IMG/VR virus record: IMGVR_UViG_3300030207_004563
Location: 1 to 27,243 of that record
DNA length: 27,243 nt
Reading direction: 5' to 3' (one strand)
From: a virus
Lineage: Duplodnaviria; Caudoviricetes
The notes beneath the pieces were generated by a model that was given only the letters and a program-made list of their open reading frames with translations, searched no databases and was not told the DNA's origin. Of this stretch, positions 1 to 8,516 are shown piece after piece (the stretch's first letter is position 1; each line of letters starts with the position of its first letter). The translations under genes and the position numbers were made by a program.

Positions 1-1
1 A

Positions 2-418
2 GTTGCTGATGGCATTGGTGAGTTCAACTCCACCAAGCTCAACCTGTTTGTCGAGACTCAATCTGGCCGCACTGTGATGCTTACATCTGGTCTGTCCACC
101 ATCTGGTCTCAGTGCATCCTTACCGGTCTGATGGGCATGTTTGCAGACAACTCACTTGATGCACTCATTGCTATCGATACTTGGAAAGGCAACTCCAAAA
201 TGCGTCCTTGCTTTGCTGCTATTCGCAATAATGGCGTGAAGCAGACGAGCCAGGAGCTTTATGACACTCTCGCTGAAGCTCGTGGTGACCGCGACAAAGA
301 CCGTATTGATGCAATCATGCGTGATGCTGTTTCAGTGCTTGCTGAAACGCTTACAGGTGTGCCTGCCGACGTTGTTGACGTCACTGTCGAGCAAGCCAAA
401 ACTGAAAATGATTTCTGA
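2..418 (+). CDS. Hypothetical phage protein, 5'-truncated by the window edge
   Basis: Frame is open from position 2 (VADGIGEFNSTKLNLFVETQSGRTV...) into the listed 74..418 ORF; acidic C-terminus. Confidence 0.75.
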   Translation, partial: VADGIGEFNSTKLNLFVETQSGRTVMLTSGLSTIWSQCILTGLMGMFADNSLDALIAIDTWKGNSKMRPCFAAIRNNGVKQTSQELYDTLAEARGDRDKDRIDAIMRDAVSVLAETLTGVPADVVDVTVEQAKTENDF

Positions 419-435
419 TCAGTTTTAATTATTTC

Positions 436-609
436 ATGAATCCGATTGCTGAGCTTCGTGCAACTCGAAGGTATTTAACTTCATTCCTTTTGAATGTCAG
501 CTTAGATACTAGAGAGTGCACGATCGGTACACTATTAACTATGCTCGATCATTTTGCTGAGCATCCTGATGATTATTTGGAAATGACAAATGGAACTAAA
601 AGTAAATGA
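436..609 (+). CDS. Small hypothetical protein (57 aa)
   Basis: Read by hand: MNPIAELRATRRYLTSFLLNVSLD...TNGTKSK*; fills the gap and overlaps the next start. Confidence 0.6.
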   Translation: MNPIAELRATRRYLTSFLLNVSLDTRECTIGTLLTMLDHFAEHPDDYLEMTNGTKSK

Positions 610-799
610 TTACGACTTGCTCGACATCATATGCTTGTGCCACGCAGGATTGGCACAAGACTCACCAGAAATTCCTGAGATCTATCTTACAAAGATACTT
701 GGACTCGCTCAAGGTTATTTACCTCCTGACCAACGAGTTCACGTTGAGGAATACCTTGCTGAGAAAAAGTATCTCCCCCCTGTCGATCTAATCTTATGA
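590..799 (+). CDS. Hypothetical protein (69 aa)
   Basis: ORF track; ATGA overlap with the next gene. Confidence 0.65.
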   Translation: MELKVNDYDLLDIICLCHAGLAQDSPEIPEIYLTKILGLAQGYLPPDQRVHVEEYLAEKKYLPPVDLIL

Positions 800-1104
800 T
801 GAAATTTCAAGCAGAAATGGAAGCAATCCCTGTTTCCTCTCCACGTCTACGCACTGTCATGAATCCAGTTACTCTGGATGAAGACGAGCATCTTGGCTAT
901 GAAGCTGAGATTCAATACAAACGTAAAGACCCTGCTGTTCGCTTAATTCTATGTTCAAAACTTGACACAGTTAATGTTGGCGAGCCTGTAATGATAAGCT
1001 ATCATTCAGGCATGCGATGTTATCAACATAGTCGCCATGTTTCTGTATCCAATCCTAGTAACTGCACTGGTGGTTTTTATTTTACTGATGGTACTCTTGC
1101 CTAA
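796..1104 (+). CDS. Hypothetical protein (102 aa)
   Basis: ORF track; translationally coupled at both ends. Confidence 0.65.
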   Translation: MMKFQAEMEAIPVSSPRLRTVMNPVTLDEDEHLGYEAEIQYKRKDPAVRLILCSKLDTVNVGEPVMISYHSGMRCYQHSRHVSVSNPSNCTGGFYFTDGTLA

Positions 1105-1256
1105 TGGATTTACATGAAATTCGACTTGCTAAAGATCAGCTAATACATGATATTGAATACATCATTGATTCACATTTTGGTGAAATTGATTACAAAGATG
1201 ATGTAATTATTCAGTTATGCGAAGCTGTCAATACAAATTTTGTTATTGAAAATTAA
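1104..1256 (+). CDS. Small acidic hypothetical protein (50 aa)
   Basis: Read by hand: MDLHEIRLAKDQLIHDIEYIIDSHFGEIDYKDDVIIQLCEAVNTNFVIEN*; TAATG coupling. Confidence 0.65.
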   Translation: MDLHEIRLAKDQLIHDIEYIIDSHFGEIDYKDDVIIQLCEAVNTNFVIEN

Positions 1257-1258
1257 TT

Positions 1259-1432
1259 ATGAATCAAATTGTTTTTGACTATGTATGCGACCAAGCTGAT
1301 AGTAAAAGCATTGAAGGCTTAACTGATGACAATGCTTGGGACGCATCTAGATATATTATTGATAACTTTAATTATCAAGATATCTACAATCAAATAGATA
1401 ATCTGCTTCACGATTACATCGCTAAAAAATGA
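1259..1432 (+). CDS. Small hypothetical protein (57 aa)
   Basis: Read by hand: MNQIVFDYVCDQAD...FNYQDIYNQIDNLLHDYIAKK*; ATGA overlap with 1429. Confidence 0.65.
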   Translation: MNQIVFDYVCDQADSKSIEGLTDDNAWDASRYIIDNFNYQDIYNQIDNLLHDYIAKK

Positions 1433-1779
1433 TGAAACAGTATCACATTTATGTTTTTACCCAAGACTCTTGTGCTCCTTGCACACGTCTCAAGGACCAC
1501 GTCCAGACTCTCACGTCTGCTGAGCAAAGTGAAATTGACTATGTCCCACTTAAAACGCCCTCTGGTCAGCGTACAGCGCTTGCGGAGGAGTTGGCGGTGG
1601 AACTCACACCTACGCTTGTTGTCGTCCATGAGACGATCCAGTGTGATTATTCACCGGAAGACGGTTATGAGTTCTGTGACTTGGAAGAGGAATCAGTAGA
1701 GAGATTTGTAGGGGCAAACAATATTATTGAGCACCTGCAAGCCACCCTCGATGCTTACACATACGCGCATCCGGAATGA
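1429..1779 (+). CDS. Thioredoxin/glutaredoxin-fold protein
   Basis: Beta-strand followed by CxxC (VFTQDSCAPC) and a cis-Pro-type motif (LTPTLVV); lies upstream of RNR. Confidence 0.75.
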   Translation: MMKQYHIYVFTQDSCAPCTRLKDHVQTLTSAEQSEIDYVPLKTPSGQRTALAEELAVELTPTLVVVHETIQCDYSPEDGYEFCDLEEESVERFVGANNIIEHLQATLDAYTYAHPE

Positions 1780-1931
1780 ACCCTGTTGATTATTTATTGT
1801 TGATAGGTGAACTTGAAGGCTGCACTGGTCATCTTAAAAAACTTGGCCAAGTAGCTGATTTAGAGATCATTCGGGAAATGCTTCCCAAATACTACAAATT
1901 ATATTTCAAAGCTAAGAAAGCAAATGGATAG
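1776..1931 (+). CDS. Small hypothetical protein (51 aa)
   Basis: Read by hand: MNPVDYLLLIGELEGCTGHLKKLG...YYKLYFKAKKANG*; ATGA overlap. Confidence 0.65.
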   Translation: MNPVDYLLLIGELEGCTGHLKKLGQVADLEIIREMLPKYYKLYFKAKKANG

Positions 1932-2082
1932 ACAAACTATTTTTGATTATTTGTTCTTAAACTATAAAATGCATATTGCCAAGGCAACACAATATATTGA
2001 TCCAATCCAAGAGTTATTCGATTATTCTTGTATGTTTGATCAAATTGATGACATTGTTGAATTTCTAGAAAGCGATGACTGA
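1924..2082 (+). CDS. Small hypothetical protein (52 aa)
   Basis: Read by hand: MDRQTIFDYLF...FDYSCMFDQIDDIVEFLESDD*; overlaps both neighbours. Confidence 0.6.
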   Translation: MDRQTIFDYLFLNYKMHIAKATQYIDPIQELFDYSCMFDQIDDIVEFLESDD

Positions 2083-2296
2083 TTCAGAAAGAGAAGAGTT
2101 TGTATACGACTTAGCTAATCACTACGTTTCTAAAACTACGAAGTCAGGTTTAGTTGCTATGGCTATTGATCGAATGTGCGACATCCTTATACAAAAAAGT
2201 GATGAAGAGCTTTGTGCGATGGCTCCAGATGAACTAACCATTGTTCCAACTAAAACAAAAAACAAACGTAATAAAGCAAAGCCTATTGGATTTTAA
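2075..2296 (+). CDS. Hypothetical protein (73 aa) with basic tail ending KPIGF
   Basis: ORF track; coupled to the upstream ORF. Confidence 0.7.
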   Translation: MTDSEREEFVYDLANHYVSKTTKSGLVAMAIDRMCDILIQKSDEELCAMAPDELTIVPTKTKNKRNKAKPIGF

Positions 2297-2299
2297 TTC

Positions 2300-2452
2300 A
2301 TGAACCAATTTAAGATAACTGTTTATATTTCAACTACTTCAGAAGATCCTACTTCTTGGATCGCTGAATCAATTATCGACAACCTTGACAAAGGTGAAGA
2401 GTTGACATCTATAACTACTGTTCGCTACGAAAATAATGACCAAAAAAGCTAA
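2300..2452 (+). CDS. Small hypothetical protein (50 aa)
   Basis: Read by hand: MNQFKITVYISTTSEDPTSWIAESIIDNLDKGEELTSITTVRYENNDQKS*. Confidence 0.6.
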   Translation: MNQFKITVYISTTSEDPTSWIAESIIDNLDKGEELTSITTVRYENNDQKS

Positions 2453-2663
2453 TGTTATTGAAGCCAAAGGCGTCATTTACAAAGAAAGTGGCAATGGATA
2501 TTTCAATGTAGAACTTGACGAGCCCGATGGACACTCATGCCTATGCCGTGCTTCGGGCCGTCTAATTACCAGAAAAATTCAATTGCTAGTTGGCGACAGA
2601 GTCACTGTTGAACTGTCACCATATGACTTAGATCGAGGTAGAATTGTACTTCGTGATAAATGA
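2436..2663 (+). CDS. infA: Translation initiation factor IF-1
   Basis: 75 aa with IF-1 signature IE.KGVI...GNGYF.VEL...GH.CLCRASG.L....I.LLVGDRVTVELSPYDL.RGRIV.R; the GHxCLCRA segment resembles marine picocyanobacterial IF-1. Confidence 0.92.
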   Translation: MTKKANVIEAKGVIYKESGNGYFNVELDEPDGHSCLCRASGRLITRKIQLLVGDRVTVELSPYDLDRGRIVLRDK

Positions 2664-3148
2664 ACGAACACACATTATCCTGGTATAACTGCATCAAATA
2701 TAAAATGAGTATTGGAGATCAAGCTAAGGTATTTCGGGAAACTTTTAATCAAGAATGTCTCCCTAATATTTCCCGTTACGGCTTTATTAAAAAAGCACTA
2801 TGGGATATGCAAGTAGAGCTTGTACGTGAGGAAGCTCTTGAGTTCATGAATGCATCACACGAGTTGTATGCTGATCCTGAAAATCCAAAACGTAGAGAAG
2901 AGCTAGTCAAAGAGCTTGCTGATTTAGTGTTTGTTTGTTATCAGTTTGCTGCTGCATTCAACATTGATTTAGATAAAGCTATGACGCTCGTATTTGAGTC
3001 AAATATGAGTAAGCTAGATGAACAAGGTAAACCGATATTTAGAACAGATGGCAAGGTACTAAAAGGCCCTGACTATCAGCCGCCTGATCTAAGTACATGT
3101 ATTCCTAAACCAATCCTCACTTTCGATTACGATACTCATGGAAAATAA
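2660..3148 (+). CDS. MazG-like (all-alpha) nucleoside triphosphate pyrophosphohydrolase
   Basis: EExxE and KELADL acidic motifs, then SNMSKL...DGKVLKGP; true start may be 2705. Confidence 0.85.
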   Translation: MNEHTLSWYNCIKYKMSIGDQAKVFRETFNQECLPNISRYGFIKKALWDMQVELVREEALEFMNASHELYADPENPKRREELVKELADLVFVCYQFAAAFNIDLDKAMTLVFESNMSKLDEQGKPIFRTDGKVLKGPDYQPPDLSTCIPKPILTFDYDTHGK

Positions 3149-4565
3149 CCAAATTATTGCTCGTACTGGACGAGTTCAAACTTGGATTGACGATCCTAAA
3201 AGTCGCTTACCTGTGAGCTGCACAGTGTTTGTTGTTGAAGATAGTATGGAGGGTTCAAATGGAATTGAAGCATCATGGAGATTTGTTAGCCACGCTCTAC
3301 GATATGGAGCTGGCGTTGCAGTCCATCTCAGTAAACTCCGCCCCTCAGGAACTGACAACGGCAAAGGACTCGTTGCATCGGGGCCTGTTTCGTTTGGCAA
3401 GATCTATAGCTGTCTTAACGAGCAACTCAGAAGAGGCGGCGTCTATAAGAATGGAGCAGTTGTGCTCCACTTGGATGTTTCCCACCCCGATATCCTCGAC
3501 TTCATCAACACACCAAGACATGAATTGCCTTGGGCAAAACGATGCGTCAATTTAAATTCAGAGCTATGGAATGACACTTCAGATGAAGTTAAAGACTCTA
3601 TTTTAAAAGGCATTTCTCGTGGCGATATTTGGCTTGCCAAGATTCGAGAAGATCAGTATGGCCGCAGAATATATGCAAACGTTTGCTTAGAGGTGTTCTT
3701 GCGTTCTAGAGGCACTTGCTTGCTACAGCACGTGAATTTAGGCGCATGTAGAACTGAAGACTTAGTTGGTGCTTTCACTGGTGGTATGAATGAATTAATT
3801 TCGTTGCATACTAAAACTGGTGTTGAATCGACAGGCGAATATCTTACTCAAGAAGAAGATCGTCAAGTTGGTTTAGGAATGCTTGGCTTAGCTAATTTGC
3901 TTGCCTTAGAAGGTGTCACTTACGCTCAGTTTGGTGAAGCTTTAACTGCTCATCTTTATCCGGAAGGAGATTACTTAACGACTCCCGAAGCTCGTAAAAT
4001 TGTAACAGCACTTCAGGAAGGAATTACAGCAGCAGCATCTATTGCACGAACTAATAACATGGATCGTGCATTTGCGATTGCTCCTACTGCTAGTTGTTCC
4101 TATCGCTACAGAGACCGAGCAGGCTATACAACGGCCCCCGAAATCGCACCACCGATCGGACGCACAGTTGATAGGGACAGCTCTACATTTGGCGTTGAAT
4201 CTTACTTCTACGGAGAGATCGAAACAGCTGAACAAGTTGGCTGGGATGATTATGTCCGAGTAGTCGATGGCATTATGGAAATGCTTCATCGTACTGGATT
4301 AGCGCATGGCTACAGTTTCAACAGCTGGAGCGACGTTGTCACTTACGATGACGTATTTATTGAAAAATGGCTTCAGTCTCCTCAAACTAGTTTGTATTAC
4401 TCACTCCAAGTAATGCAAAATACTCAAGCCAAAGATGATGCTATGGCAGCCCTTGATGGCAACTTCAGTGGAATCTTTGGCTTTGATGATACTGATCCTG
4501 ATGATAATGATTCCATTATCGAAATGTTCAATGACCCACAAGCTTGTGTGGGTTGTGCAGAGTAA
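3138..4565 (+). CDS. nrdA: Ribonucleotide reductase alpha subunit, compact cyanophage class I type
   Basis: PVSC, NVCLE (NxCxE), APTASCS, SLYYSL (class I YY pair), C-terminal CVGC; no ATP cone; followed by a ferritin-like beta gene. Confidence 0.92.
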   Translation: MENNQIIARTGRVQTWIDDPKSRLPVSCTVFVVEDSMEGSNGIEASWRFVSHALRYGAGVAVHLSKLRPSGTDNGKGLVASGPVSFGKIYSCLNEQLRRGGVYKNGAVVLHLDVSHPDILDFINTPRHELPWAKRCVNLNSELWNDTSDEVKDSILKGISRGDIWLAKIREDQYGRRIYANVCLEVFLRSRGTCLLQHVNLGACRTEDLVGAFTGGMNELISLHTKTGVESTGEYLTQEEDRQVGLGMLGLANLLALEGVTYAQFGEALTAHLYPEGDYLTTPEARKIVTALQEGITAAASIARTNNMDRAFAIAPTASCSYRYRDRAGYTTAPEIAPPIGRTVDRDSSTFGVESYFYGEIETAEQVGWDDYVRVVDGIMEMLHRTGLAHGYSFNSWSDVVTYDDVFIEKWLQSPQTSLYYSLQVMQNTQAKDDAMAALDGNFSGIFGFDDTDPDDNDSIIEMFNDPQACVGCAE

Positions 4566-4582
4566 ACCCTATTTGTAGAAAA

Positions 4583-5314
4583 ATGAAAGCAGAAACCCCT
4601 TACATTCAACTTCACCAACGCAAGCGCACCTGGACTCCAGTGTCTGTGACATCTGGTCCCCTCCTCGTTGGTGGCGAAGAAGTTATTCAGCGTGCGCTGG
4701 CACTCCGATGCCTTGAAATTCCTGTAGGAGATTTTATCTCTGATGCTATGAAAGGCGATCTACCTGACGTCAAAGGGTGTAAAGAGCTGCTTGAATCCAA
4801 TGTAGTAGATGAAGAGAAACATGACATTGCACTTAATTATGCAGCACAAGCCCACAACGTACCTGATTCCTTTGAGCGAGAAGCTAAGCACATTCGCGAC
4901 ACGTGGTTGGAATTGGATCGTCACCCTGTTCTCAAGGCCGTGGTCCTTGAAAGATCCGTCTTCTTCGTACTCCTACCTATCTTCCGAGCATTGGGGGATA
5001 CCGGATTACGAACGACCAGTGCTGACATCAGCAGAGACGAACAAACCCACGTCGCTGCCAACACGCTTGTCTGTGAAGCGCTTGGACTTAAGGGTGACAA
5101 GACCCTCAACAATCTCCGACGCGCTACGGTCGCGTGGGTCCTTCAATCCCTCAAGGGGGAAGGTGATCACAGACATCTCTCCGGGAACTTCTGGCTTTCA
5201 AGTTCAGATTCTTTATACAAACGAGGGAAGGCTGAAGGACTGATTGAAACACGTGCCAGTCGAATGCCTGCATTCTTTGAAACTAATAATGTAAACCTTC
5301 CTCAATACGCTTAG
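4583..5314 (+). CDS. nrdB: Ribonucleotide reductase beta subunit (ferritin-like)
   Basis: Metal ligands LEIPV, DEEKH, VLERS, RDEQTH; adjacent to alpha; start placed at ATG 4583 (MKAETPY). Confidence 0.85.
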   Translation: MKAETPYIQLHQRKRTWTPVSVTSGPLLVGGEEVIQRALALRCLEIPVGDFISDAMKGDLPDVKGCKELLESNVVDEEKHDIALNYAAQAHNVPDSFEREAKHIRDTWLELDRHPVLKAVVLERSVFFVLLPIFRALGDTGLRTTSADISRDEQTHVAANTLVCEALGLKGDKTLNNLRRATVAWVLQSLKGEGDHRHLSGNFWLSSSDSLYKRGKAEGLIETRASRMPAFFETNNVNLPQYA

Positions 5315-5319
5315 AAAAT

Positions 5320-5424
5320 ATGAAATGGTTTTTTGTTTTTCTAATTGGTATGCTTTGTTTTATCGAGGCATACCATATTTATTGGCATGAACATTGCCCA
5401 CCTTGCGAAACATGTGATTATTGA
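5320..5424 (+). CDS. Membrane microprotein (34 aa) with His/Cys-rich tail
   Basis: Read by hand: MKWFFVFLIGMLCFIEAYHIYWHEHCPPCETCDY*; fits exactly between nrdB and ATG 5426. Confidence 0.55.
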   Translation: MKWFFVFLIGMLCFIEAYHIYWHEHCPPCETCDY

Positions 5425-5425
5425 T

Positions 5426-5683
5426 ATGAGTCAAATTCAAATACTTGAAGAAAATATTGATCTTGAAAAGTTCGACGATTCTAAACTTCCTTCAGACGTA
5501 CATCTTGTTCGATATACGTTTGAAGGTCAAGAACATTATGATGCTGTCCGCGCTTACACCATGGTTGACATCTTTGATGTTTACTATGACAAAACAAAAG
5601 GCAAAGGTCAGGTGCATTCGATTCAATCTGGTTACGGTAAAATAAGACCAAACTTATATGGCAAAATCAACACGGAAGAGTGA
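5426..5683 (+). CDS. Conserved-looking cyanophage hypothetical protein (85 aa)
   Basis: Start reassigned to ATG 5426 (MSQIQILEE); LPSDVHLV...DIFDVYYD...GYGKIRPNLYG. Confidence 0.7.
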   Translation: MSQIQILEENIDLEKFDDSKLPSDVHLVRYTFEGQEHYDAVRAYTMVDIFDVYYDKTKGKGQVHSIQSGYGKIRPNLYGKINTEE

Positions 5684-5780
5684 TTACATTCAGCAGCTCA
5701 TTGAACTCACACGATTGAAAGCTGAAAAGCTTACAGTTAAACAACTTAAACTATTAATAGCTAAACATGCACCATGCTGA
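5658..5780 (+). CDS. Small basic hypothetical protein (40 aa)
   Basis: Read by hand: MAKSTRKSDYIQQLIELTRLKAEKLTVKQLKLLIAKHAPC*; bridges to thyX. Confidence 0.45.
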   Translation: MAKSTRKSDYIQQLIELTRLKAEKLTVKQLKLLIAKHAPC

Positions 5781-6399
5781 ATTAATCTGGATTACTCCAG
5801 ATGCAGAAAAACTTATCGGTAAAATTGCAAGAGTTTCAAATCCCAACAATGAGGATAATCCAAATGTCGAAAAGCTCATCCGGTATCTCATCAAACACAA
5901 GCATTGGAGCCCGTTTGAAATGGCGTCCATGTGCGTCGAGATTAAGACTACACGCGCTATTGCTCCGCAAATCCTTAGGCACAGAAGCTTCTCATTCCAA
6001 GAATTCAGTCAACGTTACGCAATCCCCACGGAGACATTTCCCACGGTTATTCCAGAACTAAGGAGACAAGATCACTCAAACAGGCAGAACTCTATTAATG
6101 ATCTGCCATCTGAAACTACCGATTTTATGCAGACACGTATTGATTCTCACTTTAGAGAAGCAGTTGATCTCTACCATTACATGCTTGATCATGACGTTGC
6201 TAAAGAATGTGCTCGTTCTGTCCTACCTTTAAACACATGTACTCGTCTTTATATGTCTGGTACAATTAGAAGCTGGCTTCATTATGTTGACTTGCGTGGT
6301 GACCACGGAACTCAACAAGAGCACATGTCAATAGCCCGTTCTGTTGGTGAGATACTTGATACTCAACTTCCTACTATTGCTCGCGCAATGTGGGCTTAA
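5767..6399 (+). CDS. thyX: FAD-dependent thymidylate synthase
   Basis: HWSPFE, RHRSFSFQEFSQRY (ThyX motif), AKECARSVLP, TQQEH. Confidence 0.96.
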   Translation: MHHAELIWITPDAEKLIGKIARVSNPNNEDNPNVEKLIRYLIKHKHWSPFEMASMCVEIKTTRAIAPQILRHRSFSFQEFSQRYAIPTETFPTVIPELRRQDHSNRQNSINDLPSETTDFMQTRIDSHFREAVDLYHYMLDHDVAKECARSVLPLNTCTRLYMSGTIRSWLHYVDLRGDHGTQQEHMSIARSVGEILDTQLPTIARAMWA

Positions 6400-6437
6400 G
6401 TCCTAAGATATAGACTGATTAATGAACACAGTCAATA

Positions 6438-7097
6438 ATGAACTTTATCGCTGCAACTGTTGAACTTCGATCCCACATATCAGATTCAATCCATGCTTAT
6501 GGGCTCGACTATCGCGGTGCTGACGCTGTTGTGCCCTCTGGTAATAGCTCTGGAGAGGTACGATTTAGGCTCCTTTGTTACGACAGAGACGGTTCCAAAC
6601 TCACTGCATTTAAAGAATGGAAAGAAGGTACTAGAGCGCTAATCACTGGTAACATTGTATTCAGTGATGATACAAGTCGTCCTTTAGATCTTATTGTTAC
6701 AACCATCGAACCAAACATCCCCTCTGACATGTACTGCAACCAAGTCGTGCTAGGGAATGCCTTCTTTGCTAGTGACGAAATTAAAGAACGACGCAACTCT
6801 CAACTTGCTGTTAAGATCGGCACCACCCTTGATAACACCGACATCACTACATGGCTATACCTTGAAACCCATGATTCACGTAAAAAGAAACTCGCTGATC
6901 GGATTCGTAAAGGACGTCCTATTTGTGTCCAAGGTTATCTCCGCGAATATCGCAAAGATGATAGTGACTCTCCCTATCGGGCTATTGTTGCGTCTGATTT
7001 CACAACTAGAAAGGACCGCAGCAACAATGGACGCAACCCGCAAACGAACGGTTCAGCGGCGGGTTACGCAGAGGCGGATCCAACTCCTGACTACTAA
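6438..7097 (+). CDS. ssb: Putative ssDNA-binding protein with tandem OB folds
   Basis: Two SSB-like repeats (WKEGTRALITGNI; NQVVLGN...IRKGRPICVQGYLREYRKD) and a flexible acidic tail. Confidence 0.6.
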   Translation: MNFIAATVELRSHISDSIHAYGLDYRGADAVVPSGNSSGEVRFRLLCYDRDGSKLTAFKEWKEGTRALITGNIVFSDDTSRPLDLIVTTIEPNIPSDMYCNQVVLGNAFFASDEIKERRNSQLAVKIGTTLDNTDITTWLYLETHDSRKKKLADRIRKGRPICVQGYLREYRKDDSDSPYRAIVASDFTTRKDRSNNGRNPQTNGSAAGYAEADPTPDY

Positions 7098-7181
7098 GCC
7101 ACCTTCGTGCCGTTATCGTAAGAAACATCCATATTGGTGGCAACATCCTATTTACACTATCTACTCTAAATAACTAATTTT

Positions 7182-7207
7182 AGTGAGGCATTCTACCTCA
7201 CTTTTTT
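7182..7207 (+). terminator. Rho-independent terminator
   Basis: AGTGAGG-cattcta-CCTCACT followed by a T run. Confidence 0.75.
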
Positions 7208-7249
7208 AATGCTTTTCACTTATATTTATAGGGTCGCTTAATACTATAC

Positions 7250-7993
7250 ATGACCTTACAAGTATTGCCTCCTGAGCTTCTCGGTGAAGGGCAAAAAGAT
7301 AAAATTGAAAAAGCAGAACCGCAACCTTATTGGAAACCTAGTAGTTTAAAAGATGGTGAATCAGAAGAATTTAGGCTACTAGGATGCTATGAAACTGGAC
7401 ATGCAATTATGGGATGGCAATATCCTTCTGAAATTGCTGATCCTAAAACTGGTGAACTTCGTTTTAATGGCTTTGTCGTTACTCGTTCTTATCCAACAGA
7501 CGCAACAGACATTGCCAGAGAGACCGACTGGTCTAAACCTGATCGACCGAAGATCGATGGCACCAGCGCAAAGCCTCGAAAGTTCCTCGCTTGGGTTGCA
7601 ACGAGTGCCTCTAGGGCTCGCTTAGAAGTACTCTTTATTGAGCAACGATCTATTCGAGATCAGCTCACTGAAATTTTGCAAGAGATTGAAGACTATACAT
7701 GGACTAAAGATGGACTCGCTAATTTCTCAATTAAAATCAGTCGCAAAGGTTCCGGCCTTGAAACTTCATACAGCATTCTCCCAAAGGTTCGCAAAGTACC
7801 AGAGAAAATTGTTAAACAATGGGCCTCCGAGAAAGACTCTATTTGGCTTCCTAACTTCTTTGAAGGGCAGGATCCTTTTGCTGGGAAGCAGACTGACTCT
7901 AAAGGTCTACCTGCTGGTGGCACAGACAAACGTGGGTCAACTGTCTTACCAAAAACTGAGACGGAAACGGTTGACGATAACGACGAGTTCTGA
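7250..7993 (+). CDS. Putative ssDNA-binding/annealing protein (gp32-like)
   Basis: LKDGESEEFRLL N-terminus, IKISRKGSGLETSYSILP motif and acidic tail ending VDDNDEF; sits next to exonuclease and primase. Confidence 0.55.
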   Translation: MTLQVLPPELLGEGQKDKIEKAEPQPYWKPSSLKDGESEEFRLLGCYETGHAIMGWQYPSEIADPKTGELRFNGFVVTRSYPTDATDIARETDWSKPDRPKIDGTSAKPRKFLAWVATSASRARLEVLFIEQRSIRDQLTEILQEIEDYTWTKDGLANFSIKISRKGSGLETSYSILPKVRKVPEKIVKQWASEKDSIWLPNFFEGQDPFAGKQTDSKGLPAGGTDKRGSTVLPKTETETVDDNDEF

Positions 7994-8162
7994 GCCTTTC
8001 CCGCATATTGTCGACCAATCATCAGCCATTGTTTTTGTAGTTGCTCGTAACTGGCTTACGGCAACTTCTACTCAACAATGGACTAATACTAACTATCCAG
8101 GTTATCAAACACAATTTATAACCTCTCAAACGTTTGAAGAAAAATTGCACAACTTACAATGA
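7971..8162 (+). CDS. Possible small hypothetical protein (TTG start)
   Basis: 3' part of the listed 7638..8162 ORF fills the intergenic gap and ends in an ATGA overlap with 8159; start uncertain. Confidence 0.35.
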   Translation: MTITTSSEPFPHIVDQSSAIVFVVARNWLTATSTQQWTNTNYPGYQTQFITSQTFEEKLHNLQ

Positions 8163-8515
8163 CTAATGCTCTTGAAAATCTTCCTCCTGAAATGAAGGAA
8201 CGACTTGCACAAATCATGGCTCAACGCCAACCTAATGCTTCAACAGCTGAATCCCCTCACCAAGCAGCAATTGCACAGCCTGCTCCAACGCCCTCACAGA
8301 AAGCTCCATCGCTTATGGATCATGTGATTGCACTTCGTCAAGAAGTCAATGCACTTAATCAACAAATCTCTGCTAACTCTCAAGTCGTGGAGGCGGTCGG
8401 CAATGCTGTGGGTCAGCTTTATCAAATGTTTCAACCGTCACCCCAGTCTAATGCTCAAGGCGCGACGTATAGCGAGACGTTCCAGCAGTCCACGGATGAC
8501 ATGACGGATTATTGA
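8159..8515 (+). CDS. Hypothetical coiled-coil protein
   Basis: ORF track; Q/P-rich linker plus heptad segment LRQEVNALNQQI. Confidence 0.75.
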   Translation: MTNALENLPPEMKERLAQIMAQRQPNASTAESPHQAAIAQPAPTPSQKAPSLMDHVIALRQEVNALNQQISANSQVVEAVGNAVGQLYQMFQPSPQSNAQGATYSETFQQSTDDMTDY

Positions 8516-8516
8516 T

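Noticed and set aside
3138-4565. Class II (B12-dependent) RNR call
   Set aside because: YY pair near the C-terminus and an adjacent ferritin-like beta gene indicate class I.
6757-7173. 138-aa alternative-frame ORF
   Set aside because: Almost wholly inside the SSB-like gene, no recognisable motif; treated as a shadow ORF.
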